Shown in pieces: positions 1 through 13,324 of a DNA stretch of 64,000 bases. Every line of letters starts with the position of its first letter. Position 1 is the stretch's first letter. Position numbers and translations under genes: made by a program. The notes under the pieces were generated by a model that saw nothing but the letters and a program-made list of their open reading frames with translations, had not been told where the DNA came from and did not search any database. Origin of the DNA: Vezdaea acicularis (Eukaryota); the NCBI GenBank assembly GCA_026025075.1, contig JAPEUI010000014.1:1-64000 (forward strand), in the 5' to 3' direction.

Positions 1-2089
1 CGTGATGTCCATGGTGACCGGTGGTAGTCTCCTTGCTCCTATCTGAGTCAACGCGAGGATCAGCCTTGTTCGCAAGCTCGCTAGAATGAGGTCCCGCGGT
101 GGTCGTGGTTCCGGTAGGACCAGTCTCGGTAGCTCTTTGATCATGGTGTTTATCATGATGCTTGTCAGCTTCGTAGGCTAATCCACCCGCAGCAGCAGTA
201 CCTGCAGCCGCATCTCGTCCATGATGATGTCCATGGTGATCGGTGGTAGTCTCCTTGCTCCTATCTGAGTCAACGCGAGGATCAGCCTTGTTCGCAAGCT
301 CGCTAGAATGAGGTCCCGCGGTGGTCGTGGTTCCGGTAGGACCAGTCTCAGTAGCTCTATGATCACGGTGTTTATCATGATGCTTATCGGCTTCGTAGGC
401 CAGTCCACCCGCGGCGGCAGTACCCGCGGCAGTATCTCGTCCATAGTGATGATCGCCACTCGTTGCGCCAGTTGTTTGCCCGGTCGTGCCTGTCCGTGGG
501 GTATTATCAATGCGTGGGTCAGCAGGGCTACTGCTATAGGGGGAAGTGTGTTCTGAGGTTCCTGTGGGAGCGTTGGTTCCCGTCGTTGTAGCTCCTGTGG
601 ATGCAGCCGTCGAATTGTGATCTTTCTTGTGGTGCTCATAGGCAGCCGTTCCGGCTGCACCTGCGCCGGCACCACCGAGGGCTGTAGCTCCTGCGTGATG
701 ATCCCTAGCAGTGGTTGTGTCTGGCTCATTGGTGGTAGTGTTCTTGACCCTTGGATCGAGCTTATTGAGGAGGCTAGACTTATGTGGACCAGTCGTGGAT
801 CCGGTTGAGGCTTCAGTAGTCGTTCCTGCAGGGGCAGAAGGAGTCGTGGTGCTGTTGCCCCCAGTCAACCCGCCAGTAGATGTTCCACCGGTCCTTGGCT
901 CGGACGGAGTGTTGGGATCAAGTCGATTGCCAGTGTCTGTTGGGTGGGGTCCTCGAATTCCTGAGAAAGCAGGAGGGTGGTCCGTACCTGGCTCAGTCGC
1001 TTTGCTTCCGGTAGTATGTCTACCATCATGATGCTTCTCGTGTTCGTAAGCGCCTGCACCAAGGGCCCCAGCTCCAGCTCCAGCGAGAGCTTCCTCTCCT
1101 CTATGGGAAGACGTGTGATGATCGCCCGCTGTTCCTGTGGTCTGAGTATTTCCAGTGGTCCCCGTAGTTCCAGTGGTTCCCGTAGTTCCAACGGTGTGAG
1201 AGTCATCTCGGTCAGAGTCTACTCTTGGGTCTGCCTTGTTTGCAATGTTGGATGAATGAGGGCCGGCAGTTGTGGTACCACCAGTGGTGTATGAGGGGTC
1301 AGTTCTTGAGTTGTGGCCAACAGCTGTGGATCCAACCGCTGGATCACGGTCTACACCTGATTCGCCAAAGTGTGGCTCATTGGCACCGCCTTGAGTGCCC
1401 GTAGTCCCACTACAATCTGATCAGCTTTTATAAACGAGATATAGGGGTTGGCTGGAAGGACTTCTAGAAGCCATCCGGCTCGTTCTTACCTAGCACGCGT
1501 ACGCTCAGGCAAGGCAGCCCCAGTCAAGCCAGATTCAGTACCCCTCTCGCCGACTGGCGCTTGTGGTAGCGGTTTGTTGAGATCCGTATCGCCGACCGCC
1601 GGGTCTCGTCTCGTTCCGGTCGTGTCGGTGCCAGGCACGCCAGACTTGATACTGGCGACACTGGCATTATCTCTAGGGGCAGTATGCTGATGCGTCTGAG
1701 CCGTGGTTGTAGTGCCCGCGGTAGTGGGGTCAGTCCGATCGGTCTGGCTCAAGTCACTATCCACGCGCGGGTCCGCTTTGTTTGCAATATCAGAGCTGTG
1801 AGGCCCTGCTGTCTGGCCAGTCCCCGAACCATATTGTGCTTTATTTGCTGCCTTGGGATAGGATTCAGTGTTTCCGGGTAAGAGATTCTCGGACGGTGTA
1901 TCGGTGCTGCCCAAATGGGTGCCTGCTCCACTGAAGCCCTGTGATGGAGCCTGGCCTGTACCATACATGACTTCGTCATCCTGGCTCTTGCCGGGGTTTC
2001 TGCGATTTTACATTGTCAGATGATTGGAAAGTAGAAATGGCAGTGGGCATAGGCAGGTGACTTTACAGGATGTTCTTGATCTTCTCCAT
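1..2089 (-). CDS. Fungal dehydrin-like (DPR-repeat) hydrophilic stress protein, 3' end outside the window
   Basis: ATG at 2089 (MEKIKNIL), introns 2066-2000 and about 1489-1410, then a frame that stays in register to base 1. It encodes repeated GPHSS-x-xANKADPRVDSD / GPHKSSLLNKLDPRV motifs and is rich in Gly, Thr and His. Confidence 0.8.
5..447. repeat. Near-identical 222-bp (74-codon) tandem repeat inside the dehydrin-like CDS
   Basis: ATGTCCATGGTGA-CGGTGGTAGTCTCCTTGCTCCTATCTGAGTCAACGCGAGG... starts at both 5 and 227, a period of 222 bp. Confidence 0.9.
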
Positions 2090-3972
2090 CTTGATCTCAA
2101 GCTATGGCTTAGTTGAGACTCTGGTCCGTGGGTTGAAGAGAAGCTAGGGAAGCTAGAGTCCCTCGTTCTTCAAGCAGTATATTTGATGACGACACCAAAT
2201 TCAAGGGAATCTCGAATTTGGAAGGAGGAAACAGATTTACTCGGGAAATGCTTGAGAGTATGAGGAAGCAAATAGAATTATCTAGGAGAAGCTCGAGTTC
2301 TTGTAGGAAAGAGCGGGCGGGGCGGGGGAAGGGAGACGATTGACGCAATCGAGGCCCCCGAAGGCTTGTTTACAGCTTAAGCTCAAGCACTATGACGATG
2401 GTTGGGTGGATGATCTCTGCCAGGGCCGGAATCGGTTGTGGCTGAACAAGTAATGGGCTGTTAGTGTCGTCTTAGTCTGCCTAAAACGCTGCGCGTGATG
2501 GCGAGGGACGCGGCGGTTGGTTTGCTTTCTGCCAATCCTTGGAATATGGAAGATGGAGCAAGTAGCGGTGGCTGTTTGGATGGTGTTGCCATTCCGCCTC
2601 CATTCCACCTCCCCAACCCCCCACGAGCTTGGAGTCACAACTGGAAGGCATCTCGACTCTAGAGAAGCCACGACAGAACGCCGTGGAAGGCATACGCAGT
2701 CTATCCACGCTCGGTCTGCTGCAGTCGATGGCCATTACACTGCGTTCGTAGGTCGCAGCAGCTCCCCGAAACACTCGGCCGAGCTCTGACGTCGTGCATC
2801 TTTCACGTCGAACGGCGAGTTCGCGGGGCAGGAAAACGGCAGAGCCAACCGCATGGGGGATGGCGCGCCTCGACCCCGCATGGGCCATCGACATCTCTGC
2901 AGTCATGGCACCACCCGGTGCACCAGTCGTTGGACGCCGTGGGAGGCTAACAGCGAAAAAGTCGGTCGTGAATGACCGGCGAGAGCAGCCATTCGCACGT
3001 TCAAGCAAGTCTCATTCGTTGGACCTCCGATTCGATTGTTCTGGATCACCGACTGCGCGATGGACAGAGAGTCGATCGTGGACGCCCCATGGCAATTGCA
3101 GTATTCGACGCTGTCTTCTGTCCGCACAATTGTACATCTCGGAGCCATCCTCGAGGATGTTCACTTGCCAGGACTGCAATCAAACACGAGAAACTCTCAC
3201 GCCCCCCATTTGGTTATCGCGCTGCCGCTCAAAGATAATAACTTCCGTTAAGCGCACACTGGCGGAGTGCTATCGAGATGCTTTTGTCACTCACGGCGAA
3301 TGAACGCCTGTTATGCAAAAAGCCTCTTCATGGTCCCCGCGGCGTAAGCAAGGCCAAGACGGAACACCGTGATGGATGAATGATTACGCGCAGAGAAGGA
3401 AGGGCAATGGCAGAGCGCAGGTCCAGCAACGGATGTGGTTTCGCACTGGAACAGTCATAGCTCTGAGGAAGGGCCTCCCGACGCTCGATGCCACCGCGTG
3501 TTGCTACAGTCAACTTATCTTCCACGTGTTTGCGCACGTCCTGGTGCCTGACATCGGCGAATCCTTCCAGATGATGCGGATCTGGCTGTTAAGAACAGCC
3601 CGCGGTGCTGCTGCTGCTACCGCATGTCGGAGTCCGCTGGTCGATACATCCACTCGCTCTTCTACTCTCCTCTCCATATCTCTCCACATCTTTCACGGGG
3701 TTCTGCCACTGCCAGAAGGGCCGAGCAGCCGCATTCGTGCCTAGTGCTGGCGCCACCGTCCTTTTTCTCCAGCGGCAACCTTCCCTTGTGAGCTTAGGGC
3801 CGACAGCCGACCGAGTTCGACTTCTCACCCGACCGACGTAATTCCGGCGCTGCAGGGCCAACGTTGCTTCGGGAGCGGCGGCGCGTGCTCCATTAAAGGG
3901 CCTCGTCGCCCACGTCTCCGCCCTTCCATGGTCTTTCTCTCCATCTTCCTCCCCTCCATCAATTATCGCACA

Positions 3973-4554
3973 ATGCCGGTTCGAGAGCGATTACGGAAAG
4001 TGCTCGGCCGCAGCGAGCTCGACGAGAACGGCAACAAGAAACCCAAGCTCCCGAAGCCCGTCGAGACGCCGAAACCAAAGTACCCGCCGCGATTCAACCA
4101 AGAACACCAGGAGAAGCTGAGAGCCTTTTCCTTCAGCGATGCCTGGAACCGTCGAAAGAGCGAACACTCGGAGATCAGCCCGTTGCATAGTCGAATGCAC
4201 AGCCGCCGAAGCAGCAAGATCGAGGGTCGAAGATCGATGGGTGGGCATCCCAGCAGGCTCAGTGAGCATGCCGAGAGGAAAGACATAGACGGCAAGAGTG
4301 ATGACTCCCCATTACCGGAGCTGTCGCAGAGTGGGACTGACGCCATGACGCCAGAGCTGCCCCTTGACGGTCCAACCGAAAGCAAGAAAGCGCCAGTGTT
4401 GGATCCCGACATCTATGAGACGGAGGAAGAGTCACGAGTCGATTCAGGCGGAGCTCACTTTGACGAGAATGAGCTCGTATTGAGGTTGACGAAGACCGGC
4501 CTGACCATCAACGAACCGGAGGAGCCCCTGGTAAAGGTATCGAGTCCGACATAG
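3973..4554 (+). CDS. Hypothetical protein (basic N-half, acidic C-half)
   Basis: Single-exon ORF MPVRERLRKVLGRS...PKPKYPPRFNQEHQEKLRAFSFSDAW with coding-like codon use and a CT-rich 5' leader. Confidence 0.7.
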   Translation: MPVRERLRKVLGRSELDENGNKKPKLPKPVETPKPKYPPRFNQEHQEKLRAFSFSDAWNRRKSEHSEISPLHSRMHSRRSSKIEGRRSMGGHPSRLSEHAERKDIDGKSDDSPLPELSQSGTDAMTPELPLDGPTESKKAPVLDPDIYETEEESRVDSGGAHFDENELVLRLTKTGLTINEPEEPLVKVSSPT

Positions 4555-5067
4555 GGGGAGAGTACGGTTCCGCTGTCCAGCCTTTCTTGTTTACATTCTT
4601 CATTGAAACACATGCAAGATATTGTGCACTTTATTTGGGATGACATACGGTGGAAGGCGTTCGACTCTGTATCAATTGGACATGGATTTCGCGTTCCACT
4701 GTTTGGGCAAGAGCGCAAGTCTCTTCGTGGATTGGCAAGGCAATGGTTTCATTCTCCGGCGTATAATGGCACCCTGTGTTTCCCAGTCAGTACCACATCA
4801 CTGTGAGCGCTTCGAGATCTCCATGTCATACTATCATCAATCAGTTGAATCGTCTATTTAAATGAGGTTAAGAAGGACTAGACGCCCGCAGAAAGTCTCG
4901 GGGGATCTCGTCATACTGTCCCGTGATCACCCCGCTATGGCATCTGCACGAGGCAAACCCCGCAACCTCGAAGTCACCCACAATATCAATTGTCACCTCA
5001 ACTCCGTTCCAATTGTGATTTAATTTCCATTTCACCATCAAGAAACATTCCAATCACCATATCGACA

Positions 5068-5907
5068 ATGCCACCTCGAGTGCTCCTTCTCGGAGGCCAT
5101 GGCAAGGTCTCCCTGCTCATGACGCCTAAGCTCTTGGCACGTTCCTGGCACGTAACGAGCGTCATCCGCGACGCCTCGCAGACCGAGGACATCACCAGCC
5201 TAGGCAAAGGGCAACCCGGCGAGATCTCCGTCCTGGTGCGAAGCCTGAGCAACGTCAAAAGTGACGAGGACGCCCAGAAGATCCTGGACGAAGTCAAACC
5301 CAACTATGTGATCTGGTGCGCGGGTAAGAAAAGCTTTTGCAGAATCCCCCACTATCAATCCCCTTCCAAAATACGCTGAAGCTCTCTCTCTACAGGCGCG
5401 GGCGGCAAAGGCGGTCCCGAGAACACCCGCGCAATCGACCGCGACGCATGCATCCACATCACCACGGCATCGCTGCAAACGCCGTCCGTCAGCAAGTTCC
5501 TGCTCGTCAGCGCGCTCTCCTCGCGGCGCGAGCGCGCCCCGTGGTGGAACGACGAGGACTGGGGACGGACGCTGCGCATGCGGGAGGCGATCCCGGTATA
5601 CCAAGAGGCCAAGCTGGCGGCCGACGAGCATCTCACCAGGTTGGCCAGGTCAAAGGCGCATGTTCAGTGCATTGATTTCAGGCCCGGGGGCTTGCTGGAT
5701 GAGCCCGAGAAGGGTAAAGTCAGTCTGGGGAAGACGCATACGGGTGGTGGGATCAGTCGCGCGGATGTGGCGGAGGTGGCGGTGAGGCTGCTGGAGAGGG
5801 ATGATACGACGGGGTGGATTGATCTTAATGGGGGAGATGACCCGATTGATGATGCCATTAGCAAGGTCGTGTCCGGGAAGGTGGATTGCATTGAAGGAGA
5901 GCCGTAG
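5068..5907 (+). CDS. NAD(P)-binding Rossmann-fold protein (atypical SDR, YMR090W/UPF0659-like)
   Basis: N-terminal VLLLGGHGKV, then WCAG|AGGKGG across one intron (about 5324-5395), YQEAK, RPGGL and ISRADVA motifs. Confidence 0.85.
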
Positions 5908-6188
5908 CTGGACTGAAGAGGGCTGGCGTGATCATTCGCCGTAGCCTGATTCGAAGTGCACAACTATAAATTGTTGCAACGCCAGACTGTATAATCTCTA
6001 AGGTAGTAGTATATCAAAAGCAAGAAACATCTTTTCACATTGCTCTTGACTTTTTCTCTTAGCTGCGTAGAAATCTAATCTTATCTAATCTCCGCAACTT
6101 TTTCCGCGATCTCGAACTTTTTTCCCATCGCCCACACCGAGATTCTCTAGACGCACGGATGCCCAGCATATAGCTCTCCCCTACAGCC

Positions 6189-8465
6189 ATGCCGAAACGG
6201 AAAGTCGGCGCCCTCGAGAAGGTCGACGCAGATCTAGCCAATCTCCAATCCAAGATTCGGCGGGACCCGCGCTCGTACCGGGACGAGTTCAACGGCCAAT
6301 ACAGCCAATATGCCACCCAACGCGACATCTACATGCAGGCGCCGGGCTCGGTGAACAGCTCGGGTATCGTCTCGTTGAGAGATCTTATCGACTTTATTTC
6401 TCACGTCGCGGACTGCTATAAAGATGTGACGACGAGCTTTCCGGAGGATTTGATGCAGTTGTTGCGGCTGCATCATGCGGAGCTGGAACCGGAACTGCGC
6501 GAGAAGATTGTGGGGAGCTTGGTGTTGCTGAAGAGGAAGGATATTGTGGATTCTTCTACGTATGTATAGCTGGTTTGTTCGCACGGGTCTTTTACTCATT
6601 ACAATGGTGTGCTCAGTTTGCTTCACACCTTGTTTCCGATCCTCATAACCACACCAAGCAAATCCCTAAGGGCGCTCCTTTTCCAAAAGATCCTCTCTGA
6701 CCTCCGCACCTCGAATTCGAAGACTACAAACCATAAGCTCAATCGCACCATCCAGACAGTCCTTTATAACCTTCTGACCGCGGACCGCACATCATCAAAA
6801 GGGTTGTGGGCTGTGAAAATCACACGCGAGCTGTGGAAACGGCAGATATGGACGGACTCGAAAGCGGTAGAGATCATGAAGGAAGCCAGCCTAGCGGACA
6901 ACGAAAAGGTCATCATGGGCGGTGTTCGATTCTTCCTAGGCGGAGACAAGGAGCGAGAAGAATTAGACGACGAGAGCAGCGACGAGGAAGACGTCGATAT
7001 CGGCAAGATCAAGCACCAAGTTGGGATCAACAAGAAGTCGAAGAAGAAAGTCAAACAGCTAGATAAAGCCGTAGCCACCATCAAAAAGAAAGAGCGCAAG
7101 AAGAAGCAGCCTCATCCTCTCAACTTCTCGGCCCTCCATCTCCTCCACGACCCCCAAGGCTTTGCCGAAACGCTCTTCTCTAAACACCTACAAAATCCCA
7201 AGTCAAAACTCAACCTCGAGCAGAAGCTGCTCACCCTCCAACTCGTCTCTCGCCTGGTAGGACTCCACAAACTCACAATCATCAGCCTATACTCCTACTT
7301 TATCAAATACCTAACCCCGCGCCAACCAAGTGTGACCTCATTCCTCGCCTCCCTCGCCCAAGCCACACACACCCTCGTCCCCCCGGACGTCCTCGAACCC
7401 CTCGTCCAAAAGATCGCCAACGAATTCGTCTCGGAGGCCGCCGCCTCGGAAGTCGCCTCTGCAGGCCTAAACGCCATCCGCGAGATCTGCGTGCGCCAGC
7501 CCCTCGCCATGAACGACACCCTCCTACAAGACCTCGTGCTCTACCGCAAGAGCAAGGACAAGGGCGTCATGATGGCCGCCAAAGGTCTGCTCGGCCTCTA
7601 TCGTGAAGTCGGCGCCGAGCTGCTAAGGAAGCGCGACAGAGGCAAGGTCGCGGCCATGGGCGTGCAGTCTGGCGAGCGGAAAGAGCGGCGGTTCGGCGAG
7701 GAGGAGGTCGGGCGGATCGAGGGCTTAGAGCTGCTCGACGCATGGAAGAAGGAGGAGCGCAGGAAGAAAAGGGTTGAGGAGGGTTTGCCGGCCGAGGGCG
7801 GCACGGATGACGAAGCCGCCCAGGCTGCTGAAGGCGACGAAGACGAGAATTGGAACGCCTGGGACGTCGAAGAGGACAAGAGCGACGACTCCGGCGGCTG
7901 GATCAACGTCGATAGCTCCGACGAGCTAGACATCGACATCGCCTCCGACTCGGACGCCGACGGCCCCGTCATCAAAAAAGCGAAACTCTCCACCACCGAA
8001 GCCCCCCCCTCCACCCTCGCCCAAACCCGCATCCTCACCCCCGCCGACCTCTCCAAGTTACAAGAACTCCGCCTCGCCGCCAGCCTCTCCTCCACCCTCC
8101 CCAAATCCCACCCTCCCCCTCGCGCACTCCACCACCCCGAAACCCCCCTCCTCCCCACCGACCTAACCGCCCTCTCAACCCTCCACGCCCGCCCAACCAA
8201 ACTCTCCAAACTCGCCCTCGCCGCCGCTGGCAAGTCCGAGAACCGCCTCACCCACCAATCCATCCAAGCGCGCCGCCAGCTGAAAAAACAGGAACAGGGC
8301 AAGAGCTCGACGAACCAGGAGAAGGCCCGTAAGAAGAACTTTTTGATGACGCTGGGGAAGGCGAGGGGGAAGAAGAGGAGGAGTCTCACGGAGCAGAGGA
8401 GGGTGCTTAGGGGACATGTGGAGAGGAAGAGGAGGGGCGGGAGGAGGGGGAATGTGGGGATGTAG
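6189..8465 (+). CDS. SDA1: SDA1, 60S ribosome biogenesis/export protein
   Basis: LANLQSKIRRDPRSY N-terminus, HPLNFSALHLLHDPQGFAE, and C-terminal SSTNQEKARKKNFLM. One intron at about 6562-6616. Confidence 0.95.
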
Positions 8466-9143
8466 TGGGCGAGGGATGTGGGGAAGGGGGTGTGGGGGAG
8501 GTGGGTGGTGGATGGATGGGGAGGGACGCGTTTCTGGGTGGGGGGAGGGTCATGTAGTAGTGGCGTAAGGGAGGATATGATACACTCGACTTGTTTTCTC
8601 GATCCTCTCCTTTTCGCCTCGCGGGTTGGGGAAACAGAGAAAAGTAGAGAGAGGGAGGAAGGGAGAGGGCTGTATCATCCACGGTCCCGTCCCGGGCTTG
8701 CTTCGTAATTATAGCACTTATAGCAGCAGTAGAAGTGGCAGCACTCACACTCCCCATATGAACCAACATCCAAACCCATGCCGAGCAAGATTCTTATCAC
8801 ACGAGCTAATCTCCCCCTCGCTTTTCCCACGACGGTCGTGAAAAGCGTGAGAGTATGAAGGAAGAAGAAGAGAGAAGAGAGAAGCAAGTGAAAGGAAGAA
8901 AGAAAAGAGAAAAGGAAAATAAGACGCAGGGAATCTATTACGAGCGGGCCCATCAACCCCCTCCCCATCTTTGCTTACGGTGGTGCATCTCAAGAGCTGC
9001 TTTCTCTCCCTACCAACCACCCCCCGCACTTTTCCACAGCCCAGAACCAGGAGCATCACAAGCTCTTTTACGCAGCAAGGAGCTCAGTTTTCCTCTCCCT
9101 CTCCCACCCTCGCACTCGCTCTCTCTCTATGGGTTCTCTTTCT

Positions 9144-11756
9144 CTACCGGAAACGGGCGGTACAGCGGCCCATGACCTCGCCCTGGCAGACGAGCTCAGC
9201 GTTGAATTCGGAGCCGTCGAGGGTGAGGTAGATGTCGAAGTAGACGCGGTAGAAGGTGCCCTGGGGGGTGTCCATGCGCTCGAAGTCCTTCTCCAGGTTC
9301 TTCTTCGAGAGGTCGGAGGTCAGGGTGACGACTTCTTTGATGCCTGGGGCCGGGGAGCCCGCGTTAGTTCTGAGGTACAGTTGGGTTGGGTTGGGACAGG
9401 AGGAGGGTGGGCGCGTAGAGAATAGGAAAAGGTGGGGAGAGGGGAAAGGTGTGACTTACGGGAATCCTTGGTATACTCGGGACACACATCCTCGTCACAG
9501 GCGTACAGGATATCCTCATACATGAGGGTCGCGCCGGGGGCCACCTGGCGGAAGAAGGAGACTTTCACGGGCTCGCCGATCTTGACGCGCTGGCCCTTCT
9601 GCACGAAGATCTGGCGCGTGTACTTGCAGCGGTCCTTGCCGTCGAGGGAGGGCACGCGATATTGCTCGGGGTGGTGGCCCTCTTTGAAGGGCTGGAGCGT
9701 GGCCATAAGGTAGTGGCGGCGCGCGACACGCGAGGTGACCACCCTCTCCGTGATGCCGGCGGTGACAGCACCCTTGACGATGGCGGCAACAGAGTCCATG
9801 GGCCGCACCACCTTCGACTGGAACTGAGGCGGGACGTGCAGCTTGATCTGCTGGAAAAGATATTCGGAGGCGCCGAAGCCGCCAACGACTAGGACATTCT
9901 GTAGAGGGTCAATTGAAGAACTAAGATAGCAAAGCAATGTTATTCACCTGTAATGTTCGGTTTTGTGCTTGGATGGCGATGATCTGGTTGCGGACTAATT
10001 CCAAGATTCGGTTCACAACGGGTTCGAAACATTGTAAAATCTCCTCATTCGTAAAGGTCATGTAGCCCTCCTCGATCCCGGCGTCTGGGAACTCGGCCTC
10101 AATACCGACGTCAACCGCCCATTTCTGGCCGTTGTTCCGGAAATCCGCCTTGATTCTGTTCTCGAAGTCCATGATGCACTTGGCGTAAACTTTGCCGGCC
10201 GTCCTCGACCCGTCTGGAAGCTTCATCTTTCGTATCTTGGCTCGTAAGATGTTGCTGAAGTTACGGTTGAGAGCGGTCGACCCGCAAGAGTCTCCCGAGC
10301 CAGCTGTACATTCGGCCACCGTGAACGGTTGCTCTTCCTCGACTTCATAGGCAATCAAATCGACCGTTCCACCACCACAATCGACGATAAGCACTGCATC
10401 ATGGATCTTCAGGTTGAGCAGGCCCGTCTTCGAACAGAACATGGCAGCCGCCTCGGGCTCGGTAATCAGAGTCAGACGATTGTCGTTCTCGTCTCGTAAG
10501 AAGCCTGCTTGGACGGCTGCTGCTCGAGTTGCGGCCTTTCCTGCGTCGTTCCAGATGGCGGGCACGGTCAAGAAATATCGAATGTTTCGCTCTTCTCGTG
10601 CAAAGACCTCTCCTAGTGTCTTTTGCAGTTGGTTCCTCATCGCTTGCCGAAGCTTGAAGAGGTAGTCTGCTGCGACATCGATTTCCGACTTCCCGGGTGG
10701 CAACGGTGGAAGATTGATGGGATCGATGTAGGTGTTTCCGGACAGCATCAGCTGGAGCTTGAACCATTCTACCTTCTGGACGCCCGCCTTCGGATAGCCC
10801 GTTGGTGCAAGAGCGTCTGCAATATCGGGCCCCCATCCCACCACCTTTTGGTATTGATCGTAGTACAGCACGGTTGGAATCTGCGAGATGTTCAATACTC
10901 GACCCGTAGCACACGCAACGACAGGAACCCTACCTTTTGTTTTGTCTGATTACCCGCACCTGGCCACTCCGTGATTATGTCCTCTTTCGCTTCGTTGTTT
11001 GTTGCAAATGCAAATGCGACGCCCGAAAATGTAGTTCCCTTAAAGCAGCTTTTTGTTAGTCTGACATTGCAACCGACACAGTCCAGTAGAGCAATTATTC
11101 CTTACGAAATCAATCCCGACAATAAGTTGCGCTTTATTAGTCCGTCCCTCTCCTGGCACTTCCACCGCCGCCGGTCTGGGAGCCGCAGCGGGAGCAAATC
11201 CTTGCGGTGGATGGCCACCCATCGGTCCATGTCCCATATTCGGTGGCTGGCCGTACGTATTTCCATAGCCCGGCGGTTGATTCTGAGGATGACCCCCCAT
11301 CTGATTTGGCATCCCTTGCGGTGGGTATCCTGCGGCCGTGTGGATCGGTGGAGGCCCTCCCACATGTTGCGTTGGCGGCTGGTGCCCTTGAGGCGGCATC
11401 GGTGACAACGGTCGCCCTTGCGGCCCACCTGGACCTTGAGGATATTGATAGCTGGGAGGCCGGGGCCCGCCCATCATGTTCGGGTTGTTCATACCGCTGT
11501 TCTGTACGGGAAGACTGGTGGTCGATGCGTTGGGAGGACCGGGAGGGAGGGGTCGACTCGGATCCACGAAGCTTCCCGGTCGTTGTGGTCCTGGTGGACC
11601 TTGCGGTAGGAGGTTAGGCGGCGGGCTCTGTTGCAGCGGCACTGGATTGAACGGCTGCTGAGCGGGCGGAGAAGGAGAGTTCTGCGCCTGGAGGTTGGGA
11701 CTCGAGTTTCGCTTGAAGTTCTGCTTGAGCCCGGCGAACCGTTTATTGAAATCCAT
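9144..11756 (-). CDS. Hsp70-superfamily protein (HSPA12-like) with a Pro/Gly/Gln-rich N-terminus
   Basis: LIVGIDF|GTTFSG, LTVPAIW, ITEPEAAA, IVDCGGGTVD and VVGGFGASEYL motifs. Four introns; stop TAG at 9144-9146. Confidence 0.9.
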
Positions 11757-13324
11757 GAGCTCGGCGAAGGGGGGGTGGGATGTATATGTAAGTGAAGAGG
11801 GAACGACGGCGGGCAGTAGCCTCACCGCGGCTTGCAGTGCCCTTTTTAGAAAAGCCGGCCGCTTGATGGCGGGCGAGATTGCTTCGCCGTGATGCGCTCA
11901 CCCCAACTCTCGCGCGGGCGCCGCCAGACGCTGCAAGAGCGGCGACGGGCGCCGTCAAGAGTCGGGTGCGGTGGGGGAGCGAAGGGACGAGCAGCATGCG
12001 AAGGCGTGCGCCCGCCGCGCTGCGGAGACGACTCAACTACAGTACAGACTACAATACGCACACACTGGCAGCAGCAACAAATTCATCTGCGGTGGGGGGT
12101 GAGCGGGCTGTGTGCGGCTGAAAGCTGGACGAGGACAGTGGATGCACAACGGGGCCCGAACCGTCGTCCTACTGCGTGATGCTGGGCCCTTGATACAGTA
12201 TCGTACCGTATCTCCCCTGGATCTGGGAGTGGTCGAGGGCTTTATTGTGACGATTAATGGCAGATTTCCAAGGAGGCGTCGATTGCGGAAGATGCTGGGG
12301 TTTGGCTGGCACTCGATGCAGCAAGTCGGGGAGGGATCCAACACACTTGCCCCGCAGCAGTCCGAACAATCTCGAGACAAAGGCACAAAAAAGAAAAAGT
12401 CCATGGGATGATGCCGGAAGCAACGAAAAGCCACACCCTGCACAGAGGCTTTCCATCTTCTCGGAATTACTCGACTAGGCCGTGGAGCGGTTGACACGTT
12501 CATAGTCAATATTCAGTCACTGGCCCTGACGCGGGGCTATCCTCTTAAGCAATCGACCAGATCGTCATCCTGACCCTTCTCTTGGAACGTCTGTGGCCCG
12601 CGGTTACAAAGTCGATGGCAGATGCCCCCTCTCCTGGGAAGGGCATCATCTTTCTCACCCCCTCAAATGCGCGAAGTCGAGGGTGGATGGTTGAATGTTG
12701 CACCTAGAGCTTGCCTCGTCAGCCTTGTCGGACTGTGGAACATGGCTTCCACTAGGGTTCTGGCCAAGCCAACTCCGAGTGGGGAGACGCCCACTCGGCA
12801 TGGTGCATCTACCCAATGGGCTAGATGTTCTGCCCATCAGGATCTCGATTCGAGGCATGTCGCCTGTCGGAGGGGTCCATTCCCGTCGTATTGCATTACG
12901 GCAGCAAGTCGCGATGCTATCCTTTCTCGCGAGCTTACGTCGCTCCATGGGCATTCACAAACTCCTCTTCTGTGCAAACAGCAACTTGTGCTTCCAAATC
13001 AGGGATGCGCTAGTTGCTGCGGTCATAAGAGAGGGAAGAGCTAAACAGCAACGAGATCTAGTACGACAGAGCGAATGAATTGAGGGCTGTCTGCGCCTCG
13101 ATGACTTCTCGGCCACCGGCAACATCCATCGCACTAACGTTCTTGGCGCCTCGTCGCATTGCCTAGACACTGTTTCTTCACTCGTACGGGCGTAGCAGTC
13201 TCAAGCCATCACAGCTGCAAAGGTCACCTCAGCCAGACGTACACTTGATCTGTAGGTATATAATGTTAAAGGGAGCGACGGGCTACCTATCTACACTACC
13301 GTCCCAAAGGGAGGACTTTCAGAC

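Noticed and set aside
178..1255. Several ORF-track ORFs (178..729, 865..1206, 711..1031 and others)
   Set aside because: They are alternative-frame or antisense shadows of the dehydrin-like CDS, whose true frame has no stop in the window.
2100..3900. Many overlapping 70-175 aa ORFs
   Set aside because: No domain, no coding bias and no consistent splice signals. The region is best read as the promoter between divergent genes.
11800..13300. Short ORFs upstream of the Hsp70-like gene
   Set aside because: GC-rich regulatory or intergenic DNA with no recognisable product.
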